A stretch of 64,000 nucleotides of DNA from an uncultured Acidobacteriota bacterium (GCA_963827655.1 CAWHCF010000026.1:192001-256000); one strand, 5' to 3'; positions 19,030-28,345 are shown, counted from the stretch's first letter. Translations and numbers: made by a program. The notes: generated by a model from the letters alone, not told the origin.

Positions 19030-20793
19030 ATGGCCAGCCCTGCATCGCAGTGGATACGCGTGGCCGCGCGGAGCGATGTTCCAGCGGGTGAAGCGAAAGC
19101 CGTCAGGCTCGAAGGAGGTCGGAGCATCGCGCTGTTTAATGTCAATGGGCGCATCTATGCGACCGACAACCAGTGCCCCCATATGGGCTATCCCCTGACC
19201 CGCGGGGCGGTCCGCCACGGCATCCTTACCTGCGACTGGCACGGCCGCAGCTTCGATTTGGAGGGAGGAGGATGTTTTAACTATGAATGCGATGATTTGC
19301 AAACGTTCCCCGTTGAGATACGTCAGAATGAAATCTGGATACAGCTCGGAGATGCCCGGTACAAGCGGCGAGACGAACATCTCCGACTGCTGTGGGAAGG
19401 GCTGCTGAGCGAAGACCGGTGGACCATATCCAAGGCGATTGCCCTGCTGCTCAAAGGGAGTGTCCCGGAAGAGGAGATCGTGACGGTGATCCTGCGGCAT
19501 CTCGGCCGTCACATCGCCAGTTCGAACGACACTGAAGGCGGGGATGATGTTTCCCGGCTTATCAACGGGCTCAAGGTGGGACGACGTTACCAGGGCGGCG
19601 ACCGGCTGATGGTTCTCGCCACCGCTGCCTGCTCCGTCGCAGGCAAGGCGGCGGAACGGCTTGAGGTCGTCCCGCTGCCCGGACCCGTGTCATGGGACAG
19701 CATCGATCGGTGGACGCGGATGTTCTCCCACGATGGGCAGTCCGGACGGATCGAGCGGTGCCTCTTCACTGCCGGCCACCTGGATTACAGAGACAAAATC
19801 CTGCCGCTCCTTTACGAATGCGCCGTCGAACCCCACTTCCTCGGTTTTGCCGATAACCTGCTTTCGCTCGCCGGCCTGGCGGAAATCATCGAAAGCTTCG
19901 GTTGGGAGCAATCTTCCGAACTGGTTTTCAACCTGGGAGCCAAACTGGTCGGGCGCCGTCGTGGCGAACCCGAGCGCTTCCGCCGCGATGCGGTCAGACT
20001 GATGTCGTCCATGGTTCCGAATATCGAAGCGTCGAATCCGTCGTCGAACAGGGTGATCGAGTACGATGAAGACGCTTTCGTCGGAGCCCTGGTCAGCGTC
20101 AACATTCAGAAGTCATTTGACGCGGTGAGCACCGTCCTGAAGTCGGGTGTGAAGCTGGATCGTCTGATTACGTCGCTGGTGCTCCTCGCGGCGGATCGAA
20201 TGGCCCGGACGCCAGTCAACGTGGACGCCGGTTGGGGCGCATTGACGATGGAACTCAACCTCGCCGCGTCGTTGCGTATCGCGCAGCGGCATGGCGGGGA
20301 TCAAGTGGCCGCGAAAGGACTTTTCCATGCCGCCTGGCTGGTATTCGCGGACCGCTGGCTGAACATTCCGGTCCGGCCGCTCACGACCCCGCTCGGCGGC
20401 GGGACGCTCAATGTAGCCAATGAAGACGCGGGAGTAGGGGTAATTCTCGACTCCATCGCGTCGCTCAATGTGCAGGATGTGGGCCGGCAAGTGCTGGAAT
20501 ACCTGAACGCCGGATACTCCGGGGATCGGTTGCTTCATGAGATGGGGCGCGTCATGCTCTGGGATGACACCAACACCCGGATCTTGCCCACGCTCCGCAC
20601 CGTGTTCGAAGAATGGGAGCGCTCGAGCGGGTCCGATTCTGCCCTCGGGGCCGGACATCCCGCGCGGTACCAGCTTCTCGTCGGCCTCGCTCGCTACGCC
20701 ACCGACATTCGCACGAATAAAGACAGCGGCTCCGCCACCAATACCGCCATGCGCTTCGCGGAGGGAAAGACGACGGTGGAGGCGTTTGAGTAG
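19030..20793 (+). CDS. Rieske [2Fe-2S] domain fused to large helical domain (paralog 1)
   Basis: CPHMGYPL...LTCDWHG Rieske ligands followed by ~480 aa of unknown function. Confidence 0.85.
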   Translation: MASPASQWIRVAARSDVPAGEAKAVRLEGGRSIALFNVNGRIYATDNQCPHMGYPLTRGAVRHGILTCDWHGRSFDLEGGGCFNYECDDLQTFPVEIRQNEIWIQLGDARYKRRDEHLRLLWEGLLSEDRWTISKAIALLLKGSVPEEEIVTVILRHLGRHIASSNDTEGGDDVSRLINGLKVGRRYQGGDRLMVLATAACSVAGKAAERLEVVPLPGPVSWDSIDRWTRMFSHDGQSGRIERCLFTAGHLDYRDKILPLLYECAVEPHFLGFADNLLSLAGLAEIIESFGWEQSSELVFNLGAKLVGRRRGEPERFRRDAVRLMSSMVPNIEASNPSSNRVIEYDEDAFVGALVSVNIQKSFDAVSTVLKSGVKLDRLITSLVLLAADRMARTPVNVDAGWGALTMELNLAASLRIAQRHGGDQVAAKGLFHAAWLVFADRWLNIPVRPLTTPLGGGTLNVANEDAGVGVILDSIASLNVQDVGRQVLEYLNAGYSGDRLLHEMGRVMLWDDTNTRILPTLRTVFEEWERSSGSDSALGAGHPARYQLLVGLARYATDIRTNKDSGSATNTAMRFAEGKTTVEAFE

Positions 20794-20820
20794 GGGAGAA
20801 CGGTGACGGGGTTAGAAGCT

Positions 20821-20924
20821 TCATTGGTCATTTGTCATTGGTCATTTGTCATTTGTATTTCTGGATTGATCGACGGTGTTATGAACTGAAAAATGAAAAA
20901 TGACCAATGAAAAATGACAAATGG
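20821..20924. repeat. Inverted heptamer arrays (CATTGGT/CATTTGT)n / (AATGANN)n
   Basis: 20821-20856 and 20887-20924; 38 bp (20887-20924) exactly repeated at 21409-21446. Confidence 0.9.
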
Positions 20925-20981
20925 AAAGCTTTTTGGCGGTGAGTGACGGAGGATGGTGACGGGCGTTACAACGTTCATTTC

Positions 20982-21350
20982 TCATTTGTCATTTCTGGAT
21001 GCTGTCCTGATTGACGAGACAAGGATGCGTGCCAGCTCCTGGGTTTCCTTCATTAGACCATCTAGCTCGAGTTGGCTCATCCGGCTCTTCCGAATGATCT
21101 GGAGCCATATGGCCGTCTCATTCAGCTCTTTGAGCGCCACGCGGAGTTTGTGCACAAAATCGGCGTTGCTTTCCGCGCCGCGTGCTTCTCCATAGTTAGG
21201 AGCCGGCGACGTTCCGGATCGCAGGATTTGCGCAGCAACATGTCGCCCTGCCGGGTTCCGCGGCAAATGTGCGGCGAGATGGACAATCGCAATAGCAAGA
21301 TCAACGAGTCGATCCTGAATCTTGTCGGCTTTGGACGGATTCTCGGTCAT
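20982..21350 (-). CDS. Four-helix-bundle protein (23S rRNA-IVS protein / bAvd-like family)
   Basis: QILRSGTSPAPNYGEARGAESNADFVHKLRVALKELNETAIWL signature; AGGGGAG RBS. Confidence 0.9.
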   Translation of the reverse strand: MTENPSKADKIQDRLVDLAIAIVHLAAHLPRNPAGRHVAAQILRSGTSPAPNYGEARGAESNADFVHKLRVALKELNETAIWLQIIRKSRMSQLELDGLMKETQELARILVSSIRTASRNDK

Positions 21351-21389
21351 CGGCTCCCCTTGACACATACTACAAACGGCGGTTGAACG

Positions 21390-21530
21390 AAATGATCAAT
21401 GAAAATAATGAAAAATGAAAAATGACCAATGAAAAATGACAAATGGTTTTTTGGCGGATAACTAGGCGATGGATGTGCGTTACAGGAGGACGCCCTTTCA
21501 TTTATCATACAATTGTCATTGGTCATTGAC
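21390..21530. repeat. Heptamer arrays (AATGANN)n and inverted (CATTGGT)n
   Basis: 21390-21446 and 21498-21530. Confidence 0.85.
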
Positions 21531-21565
21531 CCCGAATTTCCGGTCCAGAACCAGGAGCATCCCAA

Positions 21566-23317
21566 ATGTCGAACCCACAATCCAATTTTGTAAAAGTTGC
21601 CGACCTTAAAGAGCTTCCTGAGGGCACTCCCAAAGCGGTCAGGGTCGAGGGACGCAGCATCGCGCTGTTTCAGCACCAAGGCAGCGTCTACGCGACCGAT
21701 AACCAGTGTCCGCATATGGGGTATCCGTTGACGCGCGGGCGAGTCCGGAACGGCGTTTTGACCTGCGACTGGCATGGGTGGAGCTACGACATGAAAGGCG
21801 GCGGCTGTTTCACCGGAGGATGCGACGACCTCGACACGTTTCCCGTCGAGGTGCGGGACAGCGCCATCTACATCGACGTGCGCAGCGGTGGGTCCAAGCG
21901 CAAGGATGCCCACCTTCTCCTGCTGAAAGAAGGCTTGTTGAGCTCGGACAATTGGACCCTGTCCAAGGCGATCGCGATCATGCTCGCCCAAGGTGTGTCC
22001 GAACAAGACACCTTGAAACGGGTGTTGCGGCACATGGGCCGGCACATCGCCACCGAGAGTGGCGCCAACGAAGGGGGCCGCGAGCTCGCCCTGATGGTCA
22101 ATGGGGTGAAAGTTGCCCGTCGTTACGAGCCGGACGACCGACTCATTCCCTTCATGATGGCGGCGACAGGCGCGTCGGGCCGCGCCGGAGATAGACCGGC
22201 GGTGCAGCCGCTGCCGCCGCCGGTAACCTGGGACAAGCTGGAGCACTGGATCCGTGTGTTCTCGGCGGACAAGACTTGGGAAGGGATCGAGAAGTGCCTG
22301 ATCACCGCGCGGCGGCTGACAGGGCACGACGAGCGGATCGTCCCGTTGCTCTATGAATGCGCGCTCGAGCCTTTCTTCTTGGGCCACACCGAGAACCTGC
22401 CGCTTCTGGGGTTTCTCGCGGAATTGCTCGAAGAGTTCGGATGGGATCAGGTGGAGGAACTCGTCTGCAACCTGGCCGCGAAGATACTGGGCCGGGATCG
22501 CGGCGCGCCGGAAGAACACCGCCTGGCGGCGATCAACATGTTCGACCCCATCAATAAACTCATCGATGAACGGGCCTCTACGCGACCCGGTGATCAGGCC
22601 GCCACGTACGATGAAGATGCCTTGGCCAGAGGGTTGGTGAGCGGCGATCTGGCTCAAACATTTAACGCAATCTCGGATGCGCTCAGGGCCAGCGTCGATA
22701 TCGATCGAATTGTCACTACGATGGTTCTCCTGGCGGCAGACCGCATGGCGCGGACCCCGGTGAACCTGAACCCTGGCTGGGGAAGTCTGAGACAGGAGCT
22801 GATGCTGGCATCCTCGATTCGAACCGCGCTGCGCTATGGCGGCTTCAAGATAGGCGCCAAAGCGCTATACCATGCCGCCTGGCAGTTCTTCAGCGATCGC
22901 TGGCTCAACATCACGCCCCGTTCCCTCACCGAGCCCCTGAGCGCAGCTAAATCAGATGCGTCGAACGAAGAGATGGCGCTCCGGACCGTGCTGGAGTCCA
23001 TCGAGACGGTTCAGGTACGTGAAGTGGGACGCCATACGCGCGAGTACCTCAATGCCGGTTTCTCCGGTGACCGTCTGTTATCGGAGATGGGGCAGTCGAT
23101 ACTCAGGGACGATAACGGCTGGAATCTCGTGCACGCGTTGCGCGTAGTGTTCGATGAGTGGAAATTGTGTGAAGGATATCCCGCCCGCAACCAGTTGCTC
23201 ATCGGTCTGAGTCGCTGGGCCACCGACGTGCGCAAGCGGACCGGGAATCAATCCGCCGCGCAGACCGCGCAGCGATTCGCGCGCGGTCAGACGGCCGTGG
23301 ACCTGTATGAGTCGTGA
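21566..23317 (+). CDS. Rieske [2Fe-2S] domain fused to large helical domain (paralog 2)
   Basis: Same architecture and motifs as 19030-20793 (TDNQCPHMGYPLTRG, CDWHG, LLAADRMARTPVN, DRWLNI). Confidence 0.85.
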   Translation: MSNPQSNFVKVADLKELPEGTPKAVRVEGRSIALFQHQGSVYATDNQCPHMGYPLTRGRVRNGVLTCDWHGWSYDMKGGGCFTGGCDDLDTFPVEVRDSAIYIDVRSGGSKRKDAHLLLLKEGLLSSDNWTLSKAIAIMLAQGVSEQDTLKRVLRHMGRHIATESGANEGGRELALMVNGVKVARRYEPDDRLIPFMMAATGASGRAGDRPAVQPLPPPVTWDKLEHWIRVFSADKTWEGIEKCLITARRLTGHDERIVPLLYECALEPFFLGHTENLPLLGFLAELLEEFGWDQVEELVCNLAAKILGRDRGAPEEHRLAAINMFDPINKLIDERASTRPGDQAATYDEDALARGLVSGDLAQTFNAISDALRASVDIDRIVTTMVLLAADRMARTPVNLNPGWGSLRQELMLASSIRTALRYGGFKIGAKALYHAAWQFFSDRWLNITPRSLTEPLSAAKSDASNEEMALRTVLESIETVQVREVGRHTREYLNAGFSGDRLLSEMGQSILRDDNGWNLVHALRVVFDEWKLCEGYPARNQLLIGLSRWATDVRKRTGNQSAAQTAQRFARGQTAVDLYES

Positions 23318-23400
23318 TCACTGACCGCGGACCGTGCGCGCACTCGCCGGCGATTGCAGGAGGCAGGCGTCTCCGTCCGATAGCTGGATTCGGCTCGTGC

Positions 23401-23802
23401 TCAAGGCGGGCAGATGAGGGGAATCGTTTCGCGCTTGTTGCGGCGGTAAACGCGGAAGTCTTCGCGATCCACCGTGATGACGCTGTGTTTGGGAAACAAT
23501 TCGCTCATACGAATCAGGCAGAGGTCGGCAAGGTCGGGATGACGGTCCGCGTATCGGGCCGCGAGGGCGTCGAGCTGCAGCAAGTGGTCGTTGCAGTCGA
23601 AGGAGAGCGTCACCAGTCCCTCCCGGATCATCGAGAGTACCAGACTGACGTCTTGCAGGTGGAACGCAGCCTCGGCAAGCACCGGCTCGCAGGTGAGCAA
23701 TGGTTCTGTCACCTGCTCGGCCACACTGACCGCCCAATCATGATGTTCGTCGGCGCGATTCGCGAATGCTACGAGGAAACCGGTATCGGAGATTCCTTTC
23801 AT
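23401..23802 (-). CDS. VapC-like PIN-domain toxin
   Basis: ISDTGFLVA, VLAEA, DLADLCL, TVDREDF acidic PIN motifs; ATGA overlap with antitoxin. Confidence 0.85.
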   Translation of the reverse strand: MKGISDTGFLVAFANRADEHHDWAVSVAEQVTEPLLTCEPVLAEAAFHLQDVSLVLSMIREGLVTLSFDCNDHLLQLDALAARYADRHPDLADLCLIRMSELFPKHSVITVDREDFRVYRRNKRETIPLICPP

Positions 23803-24011
23803 GACTTGGAGAACCCTTTGCGGTGGGAGAGATTCCTGGGGCCGCGAACCGACCCGGCTAAGCGCATAAACGAACGGTTTGCATTGGCCGCTCTCGCTTT
23901 CTCAAGCTGCTCGCGGATGAGTTGACCCTGAGACATGCCGGTGCGCGTAGCGGTTTTCTCCAACCACTCCGAAAGGTCCTTTGTAAGACGAATGGTAATT
24001 GTCTGACTCAT
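23799..24011 (-). CDS. CopG/RHH antitoxin
   Basis: TITIRLTKDLSEWLEKTATRTGMSQGQLIREQLE; 70 aa, directly upstream of PIN gene. Confidence 0.8.
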   Translation of the reverse strand: MSQTITIRLTKDLSEWLEKTATRTGMSQGQLIREQLEKARAANANRSFMRLAGSVRGPRNLSHRKGFSKS

Positions 24012-24031
24012 AGAGCAGAAGTGTAATCAAA

Positions 24032-24354
24032 ATCCCTTTGCCATTCAAATCGATAATCAAGTCATTCACCCACTTTTCGTCGTCCAATGGGTCATTAATG
24101 ATTGACGATTTACGATTGACGATTGACGATTGAAAAGAGTTCCATATCATCATCCCTTTGTCATTCAATCGTAGAATCAAGAGCTTGATACTGCGGACGA
24201 TTGATCGATCAGTCCAACGAGTCATTAATGATTGACGCATTAACGATTGACGATTGACAGATTGAAAAGAGTTCCAGATCATCGTCAACTCAACGGATAA
24301 GGTCAACTCGTGCCCGATCGTCAATCGATCAATCGTCAATCGTAAATCGTCAAT
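24032..24354. repeat. Duplicated ~130-bp unit carrying (GATTGAC)n arrays plus inverted (AATCGTC)n array
   Basis: GTCATTAATGATTGACG...TGAAAAGAGTTCCA-ATCATC at 24091-24151 and 24221-24283; inverted array 24317-24354. Confidence 0.8.
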
Positions 24355-24532
24355 TGAAAAACGTGTTGCTGATCCACAGCAGAACTCCGAGCAAGCCGAT
24401 CCCGAGAAGCAGACTCCACACCACGAGCTTGACTTCAGCCGGCAGCAAGGGTTCGTAAGGAATTCTTCTCAGTTCCTCTCCAACATCCGGCGCCGGTTGA
24501 GGTGGCGTTGCTTCGTTCCTACGCGCGGTCAT
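24350..24532 (-). CDS. Small membrane protein downstream of the putative sulfate exporter
   Basis: YEPLLPAEVKLVVWSLLLGIGLLGVLLWIS single TM. Confidence 0.7.
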   Translation of the reverse strand: MTARRNEATPPQPAPDVGEELRRIPYEPLLPAEVKLVVWSLLLGIGLLGVLLWISNTFFN

Positions 24533-24564
24533 GGCGTGCCTTGTTGAGATTTCGTTACCGGCGA

Positions 24565-24609
24565 AGCAAGCTTCGCCAAACCATCGCGGTAGCAAGCTAC
24601 CGCACTCCA
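24565..24609. repeat. REP-like repeat GCGGTAGC-AA-GCTACCGCACTCCA
   Basis: Hairpin; homologous to 16617-16662. Confidence 0.7.
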
Positions 24610-24625
24610 CGAGTGCTGCAGTTCA

Positions 24626-26059
24626 CTAGCCTGATGGCGGCTTGATACCACTAAAGAATATCCATGAGATGGCGAGCCCGATCCAAATAATAAAACCGAA
24701 CAGGCATACCACATAAACCAGCGCCAGCCGGCCGATGCCTTCTTCCCACAGTTTCTTGAAATTGGAAACCAGGCCGATGGTGAAGAACGTCATGACAAAG
24801 AACAGTACCCTGAAAATATTGCTCTCCGCCGTGGCCTGTCTTGCAGCGTCCAGAAGATCGGGCCGAGTTACCACGAGACTCAACAGGGCGACGAAGGTCA
24901 GAAAATATCCCAGGACGAATTTCGGGAATCGCTCCCAGATCTGGGCGGGCGAAATGGCACCCGCCTGTTTCTTTTCGATCGCGTACACCCAGACCAGGGC
25001 CAGAACGAAGGCCCAGACGCCGATGAAGATATCGATGAAAACCTTGACCGTGGTCGCGGTCATCAAAATCCACCCCTCCTTGTAAGCGACTCCCAAGGTC
25101 TGAAGGGCTCGGGAGCGGATCATGGCATCCGTGATCGCGCCGCTTGCAACGGCTGCTCCGTCGGTTTTCACGGCCAGACCCATCCAGGCTCCAGCCACCA
25201 TCGGCTCGTGATATAAAAAAGCCTGGGCTGCAAAGGGAAGGACGATCAGCTCCACCACGGCAAAAATCACCACCAGGGATGAAACCATGATCGGCACCAC
25301 AGGTCTGGCCCGGATGGCGGCGCCGGTCGCGATGGCGGCCGACACGCCGCAGATGGAAATGCCCGAGGCAAGCGGCGCGGCCCATTCCCGGCTGAACTTG
25401 AAAAACTTCCGGGCCACGAAATAGACAAGCGCCCAGTAGATCAGATAGGCCTCGATGATGGCCGCAAATCCACGGAACATGATGGCGCCGGCCAGACCGG
25501 TCGCGCCCGCGGCCTGGACTCCGAGAGACGCCCCCAGGATGACAATGGCGGTCTTGATGTACCATTCGGGACGCGTGGCTTCTTTGAGGTAGGCCGCCAG
25601 ACCGGGAAAGAAGTTGCCGATTACGAGACCGGCGCCAAGAGCAACGATGTACCCGGCTTCACCGGTCAGACCGAGCGACCAGGGGATCTTGAATGCGGCG
25701 AGCTTGTCGGGAGTTGCGGCGATGTAAGCGTAGTTCCCGGCGAGCCAGCTCAGATAGCTGATCCAGAAAACTATCGTGAATCCGATGGAGAACTTTCGTA
25801 TATCGGCTCGCAGCCGAACTGCGCCGATGGTCATGATCGCCAGCAGAAAGAGATAAGTCAAAAAAAGGGCGGTGATGCCCGACAAGCCTGAATAAGCTTT
25901 TGAAACCGGAGCCATGGCTTTCGTTATGTCCAGCCAGACCTGGGTTGCAATGCCCCAACCGAGTAGATCGATCCCTGCGATGGTCCCGATCGACAGTAAG
26001 AAAACCAGGAGTCCAATCCAGACAGCCAACCAGTCTTCGGTCCCGAATAGAAGCTTCAC
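24626..26059 (-). CDS. Putative sulfate exporter family transporter (YeiH/UPF0324-like)
   Basis: EDWLAVWIG, RPEWYIKTAIVILG, SGISICGVSAAIA, WERFPKFVLG; many TM helices; GGAGG RBS + GTG at 26059. Confidence 0.85.
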   Translation of the reverse strand: MKLLFGTEDWLAVWIGLLVFLLSIGTIAGIDLLGWGIATQVWLDITKAMAPVSKAYSGLSGITALFLTYLFLLAIMTIGAVRLRADIRKFSIGFTIVFWISYLSWLAGNYAYIAATPDKLAAFKIPWSLGLTGEAGYIVALGAGLVIGNFFPGLAAYLKEATRPEWYIKTAIVILGASLGVQAAGATGLAGAIMFRGFAAIIEAYLIYWALVYFVARKFFKFSREWAAPLASGISICGVSAAIATGAAIRARPVVPIMVSSLVVIFAVVELIVLPFAAQAFLYHEPMVAGAWMGLAVKTDGAAVASGAITDAMIRSRALQTLGVAYKEGWILMTATTVKVFIDIFIGVWAFVLALVWVYAIEKKQAGAISPAQIWERFPKFVLGYFLTFVALLSLVVTRPDLLDAARQATAESNIFRVLFFVMTFFTIGLVSNFKKLWEEGIGRLALVYVVCLFGFIIWIGLAISWIFFSGIKPPSG

Positions 26060-26194
26060 CTGCGCCTCCGCTTGCCGCCTTGTCGATTTCGACTGTAGCA
26101 CAAATTTATCCCGTCTCTTCGCGTCGTGAAGACACGAAAACGCGAAGTCTGGTAGTATGGGAACCGCAACGCAGGACAAGAAAGGATCCGAACC

Positions 26195-26974
26195 ATGAAA
26201 TCATTCATACGCCATAGCAGCCTGATGCTGGTTCTCACGCTCGGTATGCTCTCGACGGCGTGGGCTAATCAAAACAAGCCGGCCGACGAACCAGAACTGG
26301 CGTTGGGAAAGAAGGTCTACGACGCCAAATGCAAGATGTGCCACCGCGAGGACGGCAAGGGCACTCTGGAAGAAATGGACTTGACCGACAACGTCTGGAA
26401 GCACGGGAACAGTCCGGAGGATATCGAGAAAGTGATACGGGAGGGAATCAAGGGAACCGGTATGCGCGCCATCGTGGGGGACCATACCGATCAGGAGATC
26501 AAGGCTCTGGTCAAATTTGTCTTGAAGTTCGCGCCTCCCGGCGGTGCGCCGGCTGCGCCTCCAGCAGGCGCCACGACCTCGAAGGATCCTTCCAGCCCAG
26601 GAGCGGCAATGAGCGGCGATTCAACTAGAGGAAAGAACTGGGACGTGTTCGAGTTTCCCGATCTGGTTGCCAAACGCGAACAATCCAAGCGGCCCTACCT
26701 GGAGTTCTTGAAGGTTCCCACCCTGAGTTCGGGAATCTACGCGCTCCCTGCCGACGGTCAGGATCAGCAAAAACCACATGCCCAGGATGAGGTGTACTAC
26801 ATCGCGAGCGGCCGGGCGATGATCCAGATAGGCAAGGAAGACCTGCCCGTGCAACCCGGGTCAGTGGTCTTTGTGAAGGCCGGGATCGAGCATCGGTTTC
26901 ACTCCATCAAAGAGGAATTGAAGATTCTGGTCTTCTTCTCGGGGGCCGCCGCCGAAGCCGCGCCGGCGAAGTAG
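26195..26974 (+). CDS. Secreted monohaem cytochrome c fused to cupin domain
   Basis: Signal peptide; CKMCH; PHAQDEVYYI...GSVVFVKAGIEHRF cupin motifs. Confidence 0.8.
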   Translation: MKSFIRHSSLMLVLTLGMLSTAWANQNKPADEPELALGKKVYDAKCKMCHREDGKGTLEEMDLTDNVWKHGNSPEDIEKVIREGIKGTGMRAIVGDHTDQEIKALVKFVLKFAPPGGAPAAPPAGATTSKDPSSPGAAMSGDSTRGKNWDVFEFPDLVAKREQSKRPYLEFLKVPTLSSGIYALPADGQDQQKPHAQDEVYYIASGRAMIQIGKEDLPVQPGSVVFVKAGIEHRFHSIKEELKILVFFSGAAAEAAPAK

Positions 26975-26975
26975 A

Positions 26976-27057
26976 CCATTTATCATTGGTCATTGGTCAT
27001 TTGTCATTTTTCATTCGACCGGCCAATGACAAATGACCAATGACCAATGACAAATGG
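26976..27057. repeat. Inverted heptamer hairpin between convergent genes (possible bidirectional terminator)
   Basis: (CATTGGT/CATTTGT)n 26977-27015 pairs with (AATGACC/AATGACA)n 27024-27056. Confidence 0.85.
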
Positions 27058-27522
27058 CTACTCCTCGATAATATCGGCGGTAATCTCAATTGGGATGCAG
27101 CCGCGGACACTGGTTGCAGCTGGACACTTCTGCTCGTGCGTCGCGAGAGCGCGTTCGGCAGCTTCGCGTTTTCCGGAAGGAATCCGTACTTCGTAGCGGA
27201 CGCGTATCTTCGTGATCCGAAGGATCCGGTCGACGGCCTCGATATCCCCCTCAACGTACGAACGAAGCTTGTTCGGCTCGGAGGGAATCTGGCGCACCTC
27301 CAGTGCGCCCGCAAGGGTGCCAAGCAGTCAACCTGCGATGGCGGCAATCATGTGGTCGAGAGTTGCTGGCACCTCTTCTGCCGGCTCGACCCCATAGAAT
27401 TTCTTGATTCCGCCGTGAACCCCATACCTGACGGGTTCACTGAAGTGCTCGATGTATGCGTGCCGAATGGGACCTTTAATTTTTTCGATACGAATGTGAC
27501 TTGTGTGAACTAGTTCTCCCAT
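27058..27522 (-). CDS. OsmC-like selenoprotein (U65, 154 aa)
   Basis: ORFs 27328-27522 and 27058-27297 are in one frame joined by TGA: DHMIAAIAG-U-LLGTLAGAL...KCPAA; U at the first conserved OsmC Cys position; SECIS-like hairpin follows. Confidence 0.85.
27294..27320 (-). promoter_or_regulatory. Putative SECIS element
   Basis: GCACC-CT-TGC[GGGC]GCA-CTGGA-GGTGC; loop begins at +18 after UGA. Confidence 0.7.
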
Positions 27523-27537
27523 CTTCTCTCTCTACGC

Positions 27538-28143
27538 CTATTCCTGATGCTCGGCGTGCGTGCAGCCGGGGAACTCGTCGAGATAGCTGTTTCCCTTGTA
27601 GCCCAACTCCTTGATCAGCCCGATCTCCGAGGTGTAATAACCGTTGATGGTGTAGGACTTGATCGTATTGAAAAACTCCACGCCCAGCTGATCTTCGAGG
27701 GTCGTGTTCTTCCCCGACGAAAGCGTAACCAGCAATGCAGTCTGCTGCTGGGGAGTAGCGTCCTTGAAATTCACTCCGTAAAGCTCGTGGCTCTTCTTGT
27801 CCATCCAGGCAAGGCCGCGGAGAAACTCTCTCTTTACCGCCGGGTCCTCCTCGCTGAGCATCAGGTCTATGAATTCGTTGACCTTGGCCGCCTTTGCGCC
27901 CGGCGTATCGGTCGCCGGGATGATCAGCTCCGAAAGGATGGATACGGTCTCGTTCTGATGGGCATTGAAGAACAAAGGCTTCCACGCGGCCGCCGCCGCT
28001 GCAGGAGGCGCAGGCGCATGGACGTGCTGATGAGTTCCGGCAAGGGCATCGCCCGGGTTTATAGTGGCGATGACCGCGCCACCCACGGCCAGTTGCTTCA
28101 ATGCCTTCCGCCGATCGATGCTTTTATCTGTGTCGCTCATCAT
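27538..28143 (-). CDS. Gluconate 2-dehydrogenase subunit 3-family protein, Tat-exported
   Basis: IDRRKALK twin-arginine signal; IIPATDTPGA, GYYTSEIG motifs. Confidence 0.8.
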   Translation of the reverse strand: MMSDTDKSIDRRKALKQLAVGGAVIATINPGDALAGTHQHVHAPAPPAAAAAAWKPLFFNAHQNETVSILSELIIPATDTPGAKAAKVNEFIDLMLSEEDPAVKREFLRGLAWMDKKSHELYGVNFKDATPQQQTALLVTLSSGKNTTLEDQLGVEFFNTIKSYTINGYYTSEIGLIKELGYKGNSYLDEFPGCTHAEHQE

Positions 28144-28345
28144 CCGTCACCTTGATTTTCGTTGTCTGATCCTAACACCGCGAAGACGCGAAGACACTAA
28201 GAAACCGAAATTGCGCTTTCCCTTCCTGTCGGGCCGAATCGTGTTGACGCTTCTCTCGCCGAACAGATAATGTTGCGTCGGTCCGAAGAAGAAACGATGG
28301 CATAGCCGGCATACACAACCACGAAAACGCGAAGACACAAAAAAT

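Noticed and set aside
20982-21350. Diversity-generating retroelement suggested by the Avd-like gene
   Set aside because: No reverse transcriptase and no TR/VR pair with adenine-specific mismatches seen in the window
23315-23340. TGA stop of Rieske paralog 2 followed by CGTGCG, resembling the SECIS consensus
   Set aside because: Motif is offset by one base, the paralog ends at essentially the same position with TAG, and read-through runs antisense into vapC
23902-24339. 145-aa ORF with SIVNRQS-like repeats
   Set aside because: Translation of heptamer arrays; spurious, as are the QSAIRNPQ, MTNDK and LLPTA-type extensions elsewhere
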